DNA of 58,745 nucleotides, counting the filler. It is 3 parts of 3 records of this genome, joined end to end, with 100 filler letters (N's around TTAATTAATTAA, not from the genome) between each part and the next. Parts side by side here need not be neighbours in the genome. Positions count along the whole stretch, not along the records: positions 41,399 to 58,745 come from DRR723986_3468; 2 more parts are not named here. One strand, written 5' to 3'. Made by a program: the position numbers and the translations under genes. The notes under the pieces were generated by a model. It ran no database searches and was not told the DNA's origin. It saw only the letters and a list, made by a program, of their open reading frames with translations. Within the stretch, counting starts at the first letter, position 1. Every line of letters begins with the position of its first letter. This document shows positions 47,363-57,590 of this stretch, piece after piece.

Positions 47363-47483
47363 CCTTCAGGGCACGTGCCTGTTCGGCCAGGCGCTGCGCC
47401 TGCGCAACGGATGCTTTCAGATCCGCCTCGGGAACAGCCAACCCCAGATCCGCGAGGCGCTTCTTGTATTCGGCCAGGGTCAT
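47343..47483 (-). CDS. Small 46-aa protein, putative GatC/AtzG-like amidase partner
   Basis: MTLAEYKKRLADLGLAVPEADLKASVAQAQRL..., AGGAGA RBS, overlaps the amidase start. Confidence 0.6.
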   Translation of the reverse strand: MTLAEYKKRLADLGLAVPEADLKASVAQAQRLAEQARALKDDRDDG

Positions 47484-47573
47484 CGGCCGTTCTCCTGTCG
47501 TCGTCTTCCGGTCGTTCCGATGCGGTGAACGCACGCCCTCCGGGAGTGATTTCCAACCATGATAATTTCATTT

Positions 47574-47643
47574 TGCATAGGTATGCAGATTTTTATTGAT
47601 CGGACTGAACATGTTTGGCAATATCAAAATGCAAGCGTATGCA
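47574..47643. promoter_or_regulatory. Two LacI-type operators in the divergent amidase / SnoaL-ABC intergenic region
   Basis: TGCATAGGTATGCA at 47574-47587 and TGCAAGCGTATGCA at 47630-47643. Confidence 0.78.
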
Positions 47644-47690
47644 AAATTCTGCAAGATGCGCGAAACAGCTTCGCTAAAAGGTACGATGAA

Positions 47691-48875
47691 ATGGGAACGC
47701 AGGAAGTCTCCACCCCAAAGGCAAAGGACGTGAAATCCGCTCCACGCGTGAACGACGCGCCGCACAACGGCAATGTCATGCAAGTCGAGCGCGCCGATTT
47801 CACCGACCTGGTCCCGGAGGGGCGCGCCCCGGTTCAGGGCATGGAGGGTTTCGACCCCTGTTATTCCGATATCGTCGACTATATTGTCCGCTGCACGCAC
47901 AAGATCTGGGATGAGCGCGACGTAGGCCTCATCTATTCGCACTACACGCATAACATCGTCCTCTACCTGCCGATGGGCACGATCTACAATCGTGAGGACG
48001 TGGTGCGCGACACCATCCAGAGGCTCGTCTCGCTGCCCGAACGCCGCGGCATGGCAACCCATGTCATCTGGAACGGCGACGACAAGGACGGCTATTACAC
48101 TTCTCACCTGGTAACCGGCTCTGGGCGCTATACGCAGAACGGCCATTACGGTCCGGCCAACGGCCGCTCCTTCGTGTCCCGCACGGTCGCCGACTGCATG
48201 ATCCATCGCAACAAGATCTACCGCGAATGGGTAGTTTCCGACCAGATGGCGGTCGTTCGCCAACTCGGCCTCGACGTTGACGCCTATGCAGGCAAGATCG
48301 CCGAAACGAAACTGAGCCAGGGCCTCACGCAGCTCGACATCGGCGAGGTCGGCCTCCTTCAGGGTCAGTATCCGCCGGCGGAAAAGGCCGACCTGGACAT
48401 CGCCAACACAGATCTGGAACGCGAAACGCTTCAGTTCCTGCATGACATCTTCAATCGCAAGATGTTCGGCCGCATTCGCGAAGTCTATGCACCGACCACC
48501 ATGTACCATGGGCCGCTGATGAAAGAGCTTTACGGCACCGCGTCGGTCTCTCATCAGACGCTCGGCCTCGTGGGCAGCATGCCGGATGCGGTCTACGCTC
48601 CGCAGCACATCTGTTCCACGCCCTGCGTCGAAGGCGGCACGAAAGTCGCCGTTCGCTGGATACTCGAGGGTCATCACCTCGGCTACGGCATTCTGGAAAG
48701 TCTTGGTGCGCCCACCGGCAAGCATCTGCGTCTGATGGGCATGTCGCACTATCACTACAAGGACGGCAAGATCGTCGACGAATGGACGGTCTATGACGAA
48801 CTGTCCCTGCTGGTTCAGGTCAAGCTCGCGCAGCTTGCTGACAAGGCTTCCGCGGTGGAGGCCGCCGAAGCTTGA
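47691..48875 (+). CDS. Tandem SnoaL/NTF2-like (ester cyclase family) protein
   Basis: Two NTF2-like halves ending in NKIYREWVVSD and GKIVDEWTVYD. Start inferred from an AAAGGT RBS. Confidence 0.8.
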   Translation: MGTQEVSTPKAKDVKSAPRVNDAPHNGNVMQVERADFTDLVPEGRAPVQGMEGFDPCYSDIVDYIVRCTHKIWDERDVGLIYSHYTHNIVLYLPMGTIYNREDVVRDTIQRLVSLPERRGMATHVIWNGDDKDGYYTSHLVTGSGRYTQNGHYGPANGRSFVSRTVADCMIHRNKIYREWVVSDQMAVVRQLGLDVDAYAGKIAETKLSQGLTQLDIGEVGLLQGQYPPAEKADLDIANTDLERETLQFLHDIFNRKMFGRIREVYAPTTMYHGPLMKELYGTASVSHQTLGLVGSMPDAVYAPQHICSTPCVEGGTKVAVRWILEGHHLGYGILESLGAPTGKHLRLMGMSHYHYKDGKIVDEWTVYDELSLLVQVKLAQLADKASAVEAAEA

Positions 48876-48939
48876 AAGAACGTCAAGAACAAAGAGAAAT
48901 AGCCCGGGGCAATCGGGCATTCTTCCAATGGAGAATGAG

Positions 48940-50175
48940 ATGAGCAAATTGAAGCTAGCCGTGAGTGCGCTTGCACTCGTTCTCGGGGCCGGCACGGCAC
49001 ACGCCGGGTGCGGCATCGAGGGTGGCAACGTCAAGATCCTTGCAAACGACTTCGATGCCCTCGGAACCGTTATCAAGGAAGCGGAAGCCTGCGCGGGAGA
49101 CGGCGTCACCGTGGAAGCCAACATGACGACCGAGCACAAGGCACTTCAGGTGCCCGCGCTCACGGTCAACCCGGCGCAGTACACGGTCGCGATGGTTGCC
49201 AACAATTCCATCGTTCCGCTCATGAACGACGACCTCATCCGCCCGCTGGACGAGCTGGTCGAGAAATACGGCCAGCAGCTTCAGCCGACGCAGCTCATCA
49301 AGGTCGACGGAAAGGTCATGGCAATCGCCTTCATGGCCAACGGCCAGAACCTCTACATTCGCGGCGACATCCTGAAGGAAGCCGGCCTCGAACAGCCGAC
49401 GTCGCTTGAAGAGGTCATCGAGGCTGCCAAGGTGATCCGGGAGAAGGGCATTCTGGAATACCCGCTGGCCGCGGCAGACCAGGCCGGATGGTATCTCGGC
49501 AACGAATTCGTCAACACCTACCTGGGCCTTGGCGGCACCTTCTTCGAACCGGGCAGCGCAGAGCCGGCCATAAGCGGCGAGGAGGGTCTGAAGACCCTGG
49601 CGCTGATGAAGGAACTTTCCGAATACATGGAACCCGAGTTCCTGACCTTCACGTCCGATGAAATCAAGGCGATGTACCTTTCGGGTGAAGTCGCGATCAT
49701 CAACCAGTGGGCCTCCATGGTGAACGGTCACATCGACCCCAACGGCCCGGCACCGGAAATCGGGGAAGCCACCATTCTCGCACCGGCTCCGACCGTCGGT
49801 GGCGGCACCACACCGGCCGCAGCGCTCTGGTGGGACGGCTTCACCATCGCCAAGAACATCTCCGACGAAGATGCCGCAGCCTCCTTCCAGGCGATGATGC
49901 ATGGTATCCGGCCTCAGGTTGCCCAGGACAACCCGTCCGCAGCTGCCTGGCTGATTGCGGATTTCTCTCCTCCCGCCTCGGCAAAAGCGATCCTCGAAAA
50001 CGCGAAGCTCGGGGCGAAAGCCTACCCGATGTCACCCTACATGGGGCTTCTGCATACAGCACTCGGTGCAGAACTCTCCGATTTCCTTCAGGGGCGCGAA
50101 AGTGCCGAACAGGCGTTGAACGACGTGGAAGCAGCCTACCGCGCCGCGGCCAAGGAAGCCGGCTTCCTCAACTGA
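48940..50175 (+). CDS. Carbohydrate-type ABC transporter substrate-binding protein
   Basis: Signal peptide MSKLKLAVSALALVLGAGTAHA, SBP_bac_1-like motifs, first gene of the ABC cassette. Confidence 0.9.
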   Translation: MSKLKLAVSALALVLGAGTAHAGCGIEGGNVKILANDFDALGTVIKEAEACAGDGVTVEANMTTEHKALQVPALTVNPAQYTVAMVANNSIVPLMNDDLIRPLDELVEKYGQQLQPTQLIKVDGKVMAIAFMANGQNLYIRGDILKEAGLEQPTSLEEVIEAAKVIREKGILEYPLAAADQAGWYLGNEFVNTYLGLGGTFFEPGSAEPAISGEEGLKTLALMKELSEYMEPEFLTFTSDEIKAMYLSGEVAIINQWASMVNGHIDPNGPAPEIGEATILAPAPTVGGGTTPAAALWWDGFTIAKNISDEDAAASFQAMMHGIRPQVAQDNPSAAAWLIADFSPPASAKAILENAKLGAKAYPMSPYMGLLHTALGAELSDFLQGRESAEQALNDVEAAYRAAAKEAGFLN

Positions 50176-50189
50176 TACTGCCCTTTGCC

Positions 50190-50219
50190 ACACCCCTGTC
50201 ATGTCGATGACAGGGGTGT
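50190..50219 (+). promoter_or_regulatory. Intercistronic stem-loop after the SBP gene (probable mRNA stabiliser)
   Basis: Perfect 13-bp stem ACACCCCTGTCAT / ATGACAGGGGTGT with a GTCG loop. Confidence 0.7.
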
Positions 50220-50240
50220 ATCCTTTTCGGGGGAGACTTT

Positions 50241-51272
50241 ATGCGCCACCGTGATTTTGCAGCGTTCATATGGCCATCGGCACTCGCCATGCTCTTGTTC
50301 ATTGCGTTGCCGATCGTGTCCGTTTTCGTGCAGTCCATGTTCGTCGAGCATGAACAGGTTCTCGTGACCGTGGAAAACTGCGGCCCGTTCGGCTGCACCG
50401 ACGAAACCAAGGTCGACACAGAGGCAACCCGGGTCCTGCGCGAAGAAGAGCCACTCGGGCGCTTCAACGCCTTTGGCACCTATCTCAATCGGTCCCACCT
50501 GGCGGTTGAAGAGATCGCCGAGATCCTGGAAAGCAGCAACGGTTTTGTCGATGTCGTTACCAGGATCTACAACCTGCCCTTTTACAAGGCGCTGTCCTTC
50601 ACCCTGGTCTACACCTTCCTGGTGACACCACTTGCCATGATTGCCGGCTTTGCCGTCGCTCTCGGCGTCAACAGTGTGCCCAGGCTGTTTCGCGGGCCGA
50701 TCATCTTCCTGTCGCTGCTGCCCTACATCGTGACGCCCCTTCTGGGCTCCCTCATCCTATTCTGGATGATCAACTCCGACGGCATCATCGGAGCGACACT
50801 CCAGTGGCTGTTCAACGATCCTGAACTGTCGCTGAAGGCCAGCCCCGTGCTGTCGTGGCTCACGCTCATCACCTACGGAACGTGGCATATGGCGCCCTTC
50901 GCCTTCGTGGTCTTCTATGCCGGCCTGCAGACCCTGCCGATGGACACGCTGGAATCTGCCATGATCGACGGTGCCAACCGCTGGGAACGCATCCGATACG
51001 TGGTGATGCCTCACCTGACGCCGCTGGCGACCTTCGTCGGCCTTGTTCTGCTGATGGACAATTTCCGCGTGTTCGAACCGATCATCGGTTTCTCGTCGGA
51101 GGCCAACGCAACCTCGCTCTCCTGGCTGATCTACAACGACCTGACAGGACAGGTGAACCAGCTTTTCGGCTCGGCCGCAGCCACCTCGATCCTGACCATG
51201 ATCGGCGTGATCATCCTGCTCAGCCCGGTGCTCGTGCGAACCTGGCGCGACTTCAAGAGAAAGGCCCGGTGA
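50241..51272 (+). CDS. Sugar ABC transporter permease (MalF-like)
   Basis: TM helices and EAA loop LESAMIDGANRW. Confidence 0.93.
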   Translation: MRHRDFAAFIWPSALAMLLFIALPIVSVFVQSMFVEHEQVLVTVENCGPFGCTDETKVDTEATRVLREEEPLGRFNAFGTYLNRSHLAVEEIAEILESSNGFVDVVTRIYNLPFYKALSFTLVYTFLVTPLAMIAGFAVALGVNSVPRLFRGPIIFLSLLPYIVTPLLGSLILFWMINSDGIIGATLQWLFNDPELSLKASPVLSWLTLITYGTWHMAPFAFVVFYAGLQTLPMDTLESAMIDGANRWERIRYVVMPHLTPLATFVGLVLLMDNFRVFEPIIGFSSEANATSLSWLIYNDLTGQVNQLFGSAAATSILTMIGVIILLSPVLVRTWRDFKRKAR

Positions 51273-52150
51273 TGACCAGATCCATCGGCTATTCCCGCCC
51301 GCTCGCCATCTTCACCGGGGTCATCCTGGTTGTGTGGCTGATCGTTGCGGCCTTCCCCTTCATCTGGACCGTGTGGGGCTCGTTCAAGGTCCAGGCTGAC
51401 TTCTTCAGCCGGGTCTCCTTCTGGAACGCCATCACGGGGCCTGCGACCGTGCGCCAGACTGGCGAGGCGCTGACACTCGATGGCTATCGTGGCGCCTGGA
51501 TCGAGCGAGAGTTCTACCACTCGGTCTGGAACACCACGATCGTCACCATCTGCGTGACCTCCATCTCACTCTTGTTCGGAACACTCGGCGGCTATGCGCT
51601 TTCCCGCTCGAGCCGCAACTACACCTTCTGGATCCTGATCGCCGCGCTGGTCTTCCGGGCCATGCCGCACATCACTCTGGTTTCCGGCTTCCTGCTGCCT
51701 TTCTTCCAGCTCAACATCTGGGGCTATCTGCCGACCGCGATCATCGTCCTGGTGGCCATCAACCAGCCCTTCACGATCTGGATGCTGCACAGCTTCTTCA
51801 AGTCGATCCCGAAAGATCTGGATGAAAGCGCGATGGTTGATGGTTGCACCCGCTTCCAAGCGTTCCGGCTGGCGATCATGCCGGTGATGTGGCCGGGCGT
51901 AATCACCACCGGCCTGTTCAGTTTCCTTCTGGCCTACAACGATTTCTCGGTGACCGCACTGCTGCTGTCCCAGGAAAACCAGACCATGGTTCCGAAGATC
52001 AATTCGTTCCTTGGAACCATCCAGACCGAAGGCACCATCATGTATGCGGTTGCCGCAACCGTGAGCGCCACCGTACCGCTTTTCATCCTCGTGATGTTCT
52101 TCCAACGCCAGATTGTCAGCGGGCTGACCGCAGGCGCCGTCAAGGGATAG
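51272..52150 (+). CDS. Sugar ABC transporter permease (MalG-like)
   Basis: ATG overlaps the previous stop. EAA loop LDESAMVDGCTR. Confidence 0.93.
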   Translation: MTRSIGYSRPLAIFTGVILVVWLIVAAFPFIWTVWGSFKVQADFFSRVSFWNAITGPATVRQTGEALTLDGYRGAWIEREFYHSVWNTTIVTICVTSISLLFGTLGGYALSRSSRNYTFWILIAALVFRAMPHITLVSGFLLPFFQLNIWGYLPTAIIVLVAINQPFTIWMLHSFFKSIPKDLDESAMVDGCTRFQAFRLAIMPVMWPGVITTGLFSFLLAYNDFSVTALLLSQENQTMVPKINSFLGTIQTEGTIMYAVAATVSATVPLFILVMFFQRQIVSGLTAGAVKG

Positions 52151-52153
52151 TCC

Positions 52154-53212
52154 ATGGCCGAGATCCAACTGAAAAATGTCACCAAGCGCTGGGGCAATGT
52201 CTACGGCGTCAACAACTTCAACCTGCACATCGCCGACCGCGAGTTCCTGGTTCTGCTGGGTCCGTCCGGCTGCGGCAAGTCCACCACCATGCGCATGATC
52301 GCCGGTCTGGAAGACATCTCCGAAGGCGAGATCATCATCGGCGACCGGGTCGTGAACACTCTGGAACCCAAGGATCGCGACATCGCCATGGTGTTCCAGA
52401 GCTATGGCCTTTATCCCAACCTGACAGTCTACGAGAACATCCGCTTCCCGCTGAAGGTTCGCAAGGTGCCGAAGGACCAGCATGATGCCCGGGTGATGAA
52501 GGCAGCGGAAATGGTCGATCTGACCGACCTGCTCGACCGAAGACCCGCGGAGCTATCCGGTGGCCAGAGGCAGCGCGTCGCTCTGGCACGTGCAATCGTC
52601 CGCGAGCCGACGGTGTTTCTCATGGACGAGCCCCTGTCCAACCTGGACGCGAAGCTGCGCGTGTCGACCCGCGCCGAAATCAAGAACCTCCAGCATCGGC
52701 TGAAGACGACCACGATCTACGTTACCCACGACCAGATCGAGGCGATGACCCTTGCCGACCGGGTGGTGGTGATGAGCGGTGGCGTCATTCAGCAGGTGGC
52801 GACACCGACGGAGATCTATGACAACCCGGCCAACACTTTCGTGGCTTCCTTCATCGGCTCTCCGGCGATGAACCTGGTGAAGGGAGAGATTTCCGCCGGC
52901 GTATTTACGGCTCAGAACATCCGCGTGGAAGGTCTGCGCGGTGACATCTCCGGGCCGGTGACCCTGGGTTTCCGGGCCGAGGATGTGACCCTTGTTGACG
53001 GGGGAGGCGAGCTGTCGTCGACCGTTTTCGCCCTGGAACTTCTCGGCGACGCATCCATGGTGGCCGTCGAGGCGGGCGGGGAACTGGTCAACCTGAAGGC
53101 TGCCAAGGACTTCCGCTCCGAAATCGGCGCGCCGATCAGCGCGCGGATCCCGATCGAATGCTGTCATCTGTTTGATGCGCAGGACGGCCGGCGGCTCACC
53201 GTGAAGGGGTGA
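52154..53212 (+). CDS. Sugar ABC transporter ATP-binding protein (MalK/UgpC-like)
   Basis: GPSGCGKS, LSGGQRQR, DEPLSNLD and VTHDQ motifs. Confidence 0.95.
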   Translation: MAEIQLKNVTKRWGNVYGVNNFNLHIADREFLVLLGPSGCGKSTTMRMIAGLEDISEGEIIIGDRVVNTLEPKDRDIAMVFQSYGLYPNLTVYENIRFPLKVRKVPKDQHDARVMKAAEMVDLTDLLDRRPAELSGGQRQRVALARAIVREPTVFLMDEPLSNLDAKLRVSTRAEIKNLQHRLKTTTIYVTHDQIEAMTLADRVVVMSGGVIQQVATPTEIYDNPANTFVASFIGSPAMNLVKGEISAGVFTAQNIRVEGLRGDISGPVTLGFRAEDVTLVDGGGELSSTVFALELLGDASMVAVEAGGELVNLKAAKDFRSEIGAPISARIPIECCHLFDAQDGRRLTVKG

Positions 53213-53264
53213 CAAGTTCGCGAAGCACGAGTACTCAGAACATGATAAAATCACGGAGGCCCGC

Positions 53265-54269
53265 TTGAACAGCAAACCGGTTACATCTGTAGACGTTGCG
53301 CGCAAGGCCGGCGTTAGCCAGTCCGCAGTCTCCAGATATTTTACCCCGGGCGCCTCCGTTTCCAAGAAGATGGCCGAGAAGATCCGCATCGCCGCGGACG
53401 AACTCGATTACCGGCCAAATGTTCTGGCAAGGGCGATGATCACCGGGAAAAGCCGGATCATCGGCCTGATCGTCTACTACTTCGAGAACCAGTTCTATCC
53501 CGAAGCGGTTGAAAAGCTTTCGATCGCGCTTCAGGAAAACGGCTACCATGTCCTCCTGTTCATGGCATCGAACACCATCAACGATGTCGAGCCCGTCATC
53601 CAGGAAATCATGGGTTACAGGGTCGACGGCATCATCATGGTGTCTGTGTCCGTTTCCTCGACGCTTGCGGAGCGGTGCCGGGACCTCGACATCCCGGTGC
53701 TTCTGTTCAACCGCGATCAGCCGAAGGACAATCTGCGTGCGGTGACCAGCGACAATCGCCTTGGCGGCGAACTGGCGGCAAAAGCGCTTCTGCGCGGACA
53801 GCCGAAACGCGTTGCCCTGCTTGCCGGCTTCTCCGGAGCCTCGACGCAGATTGATCGCGAAGCCGGGTTCATGGCCGTGCTGCAGGAAGCAGGCGTCGAA
53901 CTGCACTCCCGAGCTGACGGAAACTATCACTATACGGATGCCGCCGATGCAGCCCGCCAGCTTTTCGACGTGCCCGATCAGCCCGATGCTGTCTTTGTCG
54001 CCGACGACCACATGGCGCTCGCAGCCCTGGACGTGATCCGCTTCGAATTCAATCTGAAAGTCCCCGAGGACGTGGCCGTGGTCGGCTTCGACGACATCCC
54101 GCAAGCCGCCTGGCCTTCGTTCAACCTCACCACGATCCGGCAGCCCATCAACCAGATGGTCTCGGCGGCAGTCGCCATGCTGGTCGACGCGATAGAGAAG
54201 GGGAATACGGACGTCCGCAAGGTCCGCATTCCACCGGTCGAGGTCATCCGCGGCACGACCCGAAGCTAG
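53265..54269 (+). CDS. LacI family transcriptional regulator (HpsR-like)
   Basis: VTSVDVARKAGVSQSAVSR HTH, YRPN..AR hinge, VVGFDD and LTTIRQP motifs. TTG start with GGAGG RBS. Confidence 0.94.
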   Translation: MNSKPVTSVDVARKAGVSQSAVSRYFTPGASVSKKMAEKIRIAADELDYRPNVLARAMITGKSRIIGLIVYYFENQFYPEAVEKLSIALQENGYHVLLFMASNTINDVEPVIQEIMGYRVDGIIMVSVSVSSTLAERCRDLDIPVLLFNRDQPKDNLRAVTSDNRLGGELAAKALLRGQPKRVALLAGFSGASTQIDREAGFMAVLQEAGVELHSRADGNYHYTDAADAARQLFDVPDQPDAVFVADDHMALAALDVIRFEFNLKVPEDVAVVGFDDIPQAAWPSFNLTTIRQPINQMVSAAVAMLVDAIEKGNTDVRKVRIPPVEVIRGTTRS

Positions 54270-54362
54270 TATTCCCGAACAGAAGGCTTACCAGCTGCGC
54301 CGCTGTGCGACCGAAGCCGGTTGGCCAAGGCCTTCGCGTGTCACTTGTCGGAAAACTCCGCT

Positions 54363-54621
54363 TGCAAGCGTTTTCACAAATTTTGCAAAAATATTTTTTG
54401 CCTGTCTCTAATCGCGAATTTTTCGATCAGTTTCCAACAATTTAGCACGTATTTTGTGAGGTTTTTCGCACCTGAGATTTTGGGAACGTTTGCAAAATCT
54501 CTTGCGAGCCACCTCAATCCGGCGTAGGAACCGGGTCAAGGGCCGGGTCGCGGGCATACGGAGGTGCCGCGATCGTGTTCCGGGGAGGAGCTGGTGGGAC
54601 CGCAGTTTGCAAGCGTTCCCA
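54363..54621. promoter_or_regulatory. Three LacI-type operators upstream of the TRAP operon
   Basis: TGCAAGCGTTTTCA at 54363-54376, TGGGAACGTTTGCA at 54481-54494 and TGCAAGCGTTCCCA at 54608-54621. Confidence 0.7.
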
Positions 54622-54668
54622 ATTGCCGGATCTCCCGTTTTCAATTTCGCGTCTCGGGAGGGAACAGA

Positions 54669-55649
54669 ATGAAAGTCGCCGTTTGGGCTGCAACAGCCGC
54701 ACTTGCATTTGTCACACAGGCGGCAGCCGATACGACCATCCGCATCGGCCATGCCACGCCTGAGGTCTCGCCTGTCCACCAGGCTCTGAGCTACTTCGAG
54801 GAGGAACTCGAAAAGCGCTCCAATGGCACCATCCAGGTAGAGATCTTTCCGGGCGGCCAGCTCGGCAGCGTCAAGGAAATGACTGACCTGGTCCAGTCCG
54901 GCAACATCACCATGACCACGGGTGCGTCGGTTCATCTGAGCTCGACTGTCGATCAGCTGGCCGTGCTCGACCAGTTCCTTCTCTTCAAGGACGAAGAAAC
55001 CGCGCGCAGCCTTCTGGACGGCGACGCCGGCAAGACCATTTCTGCAGCCATGGAAGACCGTGGGCTCAAGAACATGGGCTTCATGGAACTCGGTTTCCGC
55101 AGCTTCACCAACTCCCGTGCTCCACTCGACAGCTACGAAGCCTTCGAAGGCCTGCGCATGCGCTCGGCAGACAACCCGATCGCCATCAAGGCCTGGCGGT
55201 CGGTTGGCGCCGTTCCGGTGCCGCTGGCGTGGGGCGAGATCTATTCGTCATTGCAGCAGGGCCTGATCGATGGCCAGGAAAGCGCCCTGAGCTCGATGAT
55301 CATCGAGCGTTTCTTCGAGGTTCAGAAATACGTTTCCCTCACCGGTCACATCTATTGGCCGGAACTCTGGATGGCCAATCTTGACTGGTACAACGGCCTG
55401 GACGAAGCCGACCGCACGCTCATCGACGAAGTTGCAGTGGAAACCGTCAAGAAGCAGCGCGAGCTGACCGCGGCCGCCAATGCCGAAACCCTGGCCAAAC
55501 TCAAGGAAGCCGGGCTCGAAGTGAACGAGCTGCCGGAGGCCGACAAGAAGCGCCTCGGCGAAACAATGAACGCCGCCATCGAAGGCGACATTCGCGCCAA
55601 GGTCGGCGACTCCTTCTACGACACCTTCATGCAGGCCGTCGCGCAGTAA
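54669..55649 (+). CDS. dctP: TRAP transporter substrate-binding protein
   Basis: Signal peptide, IFPGGQLG, GFR, GLRMR and EIYSSLQQGLIDGQE motifs. Confidence 0.93.
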   Translation: MKVAVWAATAALAFVTQAAADTTIRIGHATPEVSPVHQALSYFEEELEKRSNGTIQVEIFPGGQLGSVKEMTDLVQSGNITMTTGASVHLSSTVDQLAVLDQFLLFKDEETARSLLDGDAGKTISAAMEDRGLKNMGFMELGFRSFTNSRAPLDSYEAFEGLRMRSADNPIAIKAWRSVGAVPVPLAWGEIYSSLQQGLIDGQESALSSMIIERFFEVQKYVSLTGHIYWPELWMANLDWYNGLDEADRTLIDEVAVETVKKQRELTAAANAETLAKLKEAGLEVNELPEADKKRLGETMNAAIEGDIRAKVGDSFYDTFMQAVAQ

Positions 55650-55675
55650 GCGAACCAAGGGGAGGAGAAGGCAAA

Positions 55676-56167
55676 ATGCGGGTTCTCGAAAAATGGTTCG
55701 AGCCGGCGGTGATCGTCTCGATGCTGGGCATGATCATCATTCTGGTCTTCGCGGACGTGATTGCGCGGCTTGCCTTCTCCACCTCGATAGCTGTGGCGAA
55801 CGAACTCGCCCGGTTTTCCTTCGTCTACATGATCTACTTCGGCGTGAGTTACGCAATCCGCGAGCGCCGGCACATGCGTGTCACGGTTCTGATCGATGTC
55901 ATGCCGAAGGCGCTGCGCCACTGGATGTTCGTGCTCTCCGAGGTGATCTTCCTGATCTATTCCGTCGTCGTCTGCTGGCTCGGTGTCGTGATCACGCAGC
56001 AATCCATCGACCGCGGCAAGATCCTGAGCTCCACCGAGTGGCCTCAAGCCGTGCTTTACGCGGCGATCATCTTTTCCGGCGCCCTGAGCAGCCTGCGTCT
56101 TTTGCAATCCATCAAGGCTGCCGTCGTTGATGGCGACACGCGCCTCGGCCCCCAGACGGATATCTGA
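55676..56167 (+). CDS. dctQ: TRAP transporter small permease
   Basis: Four TM helices and ELAR...HMRV motif. Confidence 0.9.
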   Translation: MRVLEKWFEPAVIVSMLGMIIILVFADVIARLAFSTSIAVANELARFSFVYMIYFGVSYAIRERRHMRVTVLIDVMPKALRHWMFVLSEVIFLIYSVVVCWLGVVITQQSIDRGKILSSTEWPQAVLYAAIIFSGALSSLRLLQSIKAAVVDGDTRLGPQTDI

Positions 56168-56170
56168 GCC

Positions 56171-57469
56171 ATGACGACAGCCATTCTCTTCGGTAGTTTC
56201 CTGCTGCTGTTGCTCATCGGCGTACCGATCGGCATTGCGCTCGGCGCGGCGAGCATGCTCGCAATCCTCTATATTCCGTTCCTCAGCCTCGACATGTATG
56301 CCCTCGGGCTGGTCTCGGCCATCGACAGCTTCACGCTCATCGCGGTGGTGCTGTTCACTCTGGCCGGCAGCCTGATGGCCGAGGGAGGCATTTCCAAACG
56401 TCTGATCGCCGTTGCGGACCATGCCTTCGGCGGCATGCCAGGCGATCTGGGCACCGTGACGATCATGTCCTGCCTGTTCTTTGCGGCCATCTCCGGAACA
56501 GGATCCGCGACGGTGGCGGCCATCGGCCTCGCCATGATCCCGGCTCTGGTCGATCGCGGCTACGACCGGGCCTATGCAGGCGCCATGGTGGCCTCCGCAG
56601 GCGGGCTTGGCGTCATGATCCCGCCGTCGGTGGTGATGATCGTCTATGCGGTCTCATCCGGCGTCTCGGTGACGGCTCTCTTCATGGCCGGCATCGTTCC
56701 GGGCTTCGTGATCGCGCTGACCCTGATCGGCTACAACGTGATACAGCGTCGCTCCGGAAACCAGGGTGCGGGCAACCCGGTACCGCCAACCCGCACCGGC
56801 AGTCTCTGGGCCGCCCTTTGGGACGCGAAGCTCGCCCTCGCCATGCCGCCTGTTGTTCTCGGCAGCATCTATTCCGGCATGGTGACACCGACCGAAAGTT
56901 CTGCCGTCGCCGTCGTCTATGCCCTGATCGTGAGCTGCTTCGTCTATCGGGAGCTTCCGCTGTCCGCCGTTCCGAAGATGATGCTGGAAGCAGCGTTGCT
57001 GGTCTCCGCCGTGCTCGTCATCATCGGTGCGTCCTACGCCTTCGGCCGCATCATCGCCCTGGAGCGTATCCCGTCCGATCTCGCCCAGCTCGTGCTGTCG
57101 CTGACCCAGAGCAAGGTGGTGGTGATGCTGGCCGCGATCGTCCTGCTTCTGATCGTCGGCACCTTCCTGGAAACACTGGCGGCAATCGTCATCCTGACAC
57201 CTGTCCTTCTGCCGATCATGCTGAAACTCGGCGTGGATCCGGTTCACTTCGGCATCGTCATGGTCGTGGCGCTTGCCATCGGCTTCGTGACACCGCCGCT
57301 CGGAGCAAACCTGTTCATGGCCGCCGCTGTCGGCAAGATCCGGTTCGAGGACATCGCCCGCAGGATCTTTCCCTGGGTGGTGACGATGATCTTCGCGCTC
57401 CTGCTGATCGCTTTCATTCCCGTCCTGTCCCTTGGACTGCCAGAACTGTTCCTGGGCTACGGGCGCTAA
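56171..57469 (+). CDS. dctM: TRAP transporter large permease
   Basis: FAAISG...AT, IPPS, TPTE, DPVHFG and TPPLG.NL motifs. Confidence 0.94.
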   Translation: MTTAILFGSFLLLLLIGVPIGIALGAASMLAILYIPFLSLDMYALGLVSAIDSFTLIAVVLFTLAGSLMAEGGISKRLIAVADHAFGGMPGDLGTVTIMSCLFFAAISGTGSATVAAIGLAMIPALVDRGYDRAYAGAMVASAGGLGVMIPPSVVMIVYAVSSGVSVTALFMAGIVPGFVIALTLIGYNVIQRRSGNQGAGNPVPPTRTGSLWAALWDAKLALAMPPVVLGSIYSGMVTPTESSAVAVVYALIVSCFVYRELPLSAVPKMMLEAALLVSAVLVIIGASYAFGRIIALERIPSDLAQLVLSLTQSKVVVMLAAIVLLLIVGTFLETLAAIVILTPVLLPIMLKLGVDPVHFGIVMVVALAIGFVTPPLGANLFMAAAVGKIRFEDIARRIFPWVVTMIFALLLIAFIPVLSLGLPELFLGYGR

Positions 57470-57590
57470 ACCTTCGGCGGGCAACCCGCTGAACCACACA
57501 ACAGCGGCATTTCGGCCGCATTCGAAAGATGACGACGGACGATGCGGTTTCGCCGCGCAGAAAGTCGCCCGGAAAACTGAGGAACCTGAA

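Noticed and set aside
44706-49902. Long minus-strand ORFs 44706..45857, 47568..49139 and 48955..49902
   Set aside because: Antisense to well-supported plus-strand genes, with no recognisable domains.
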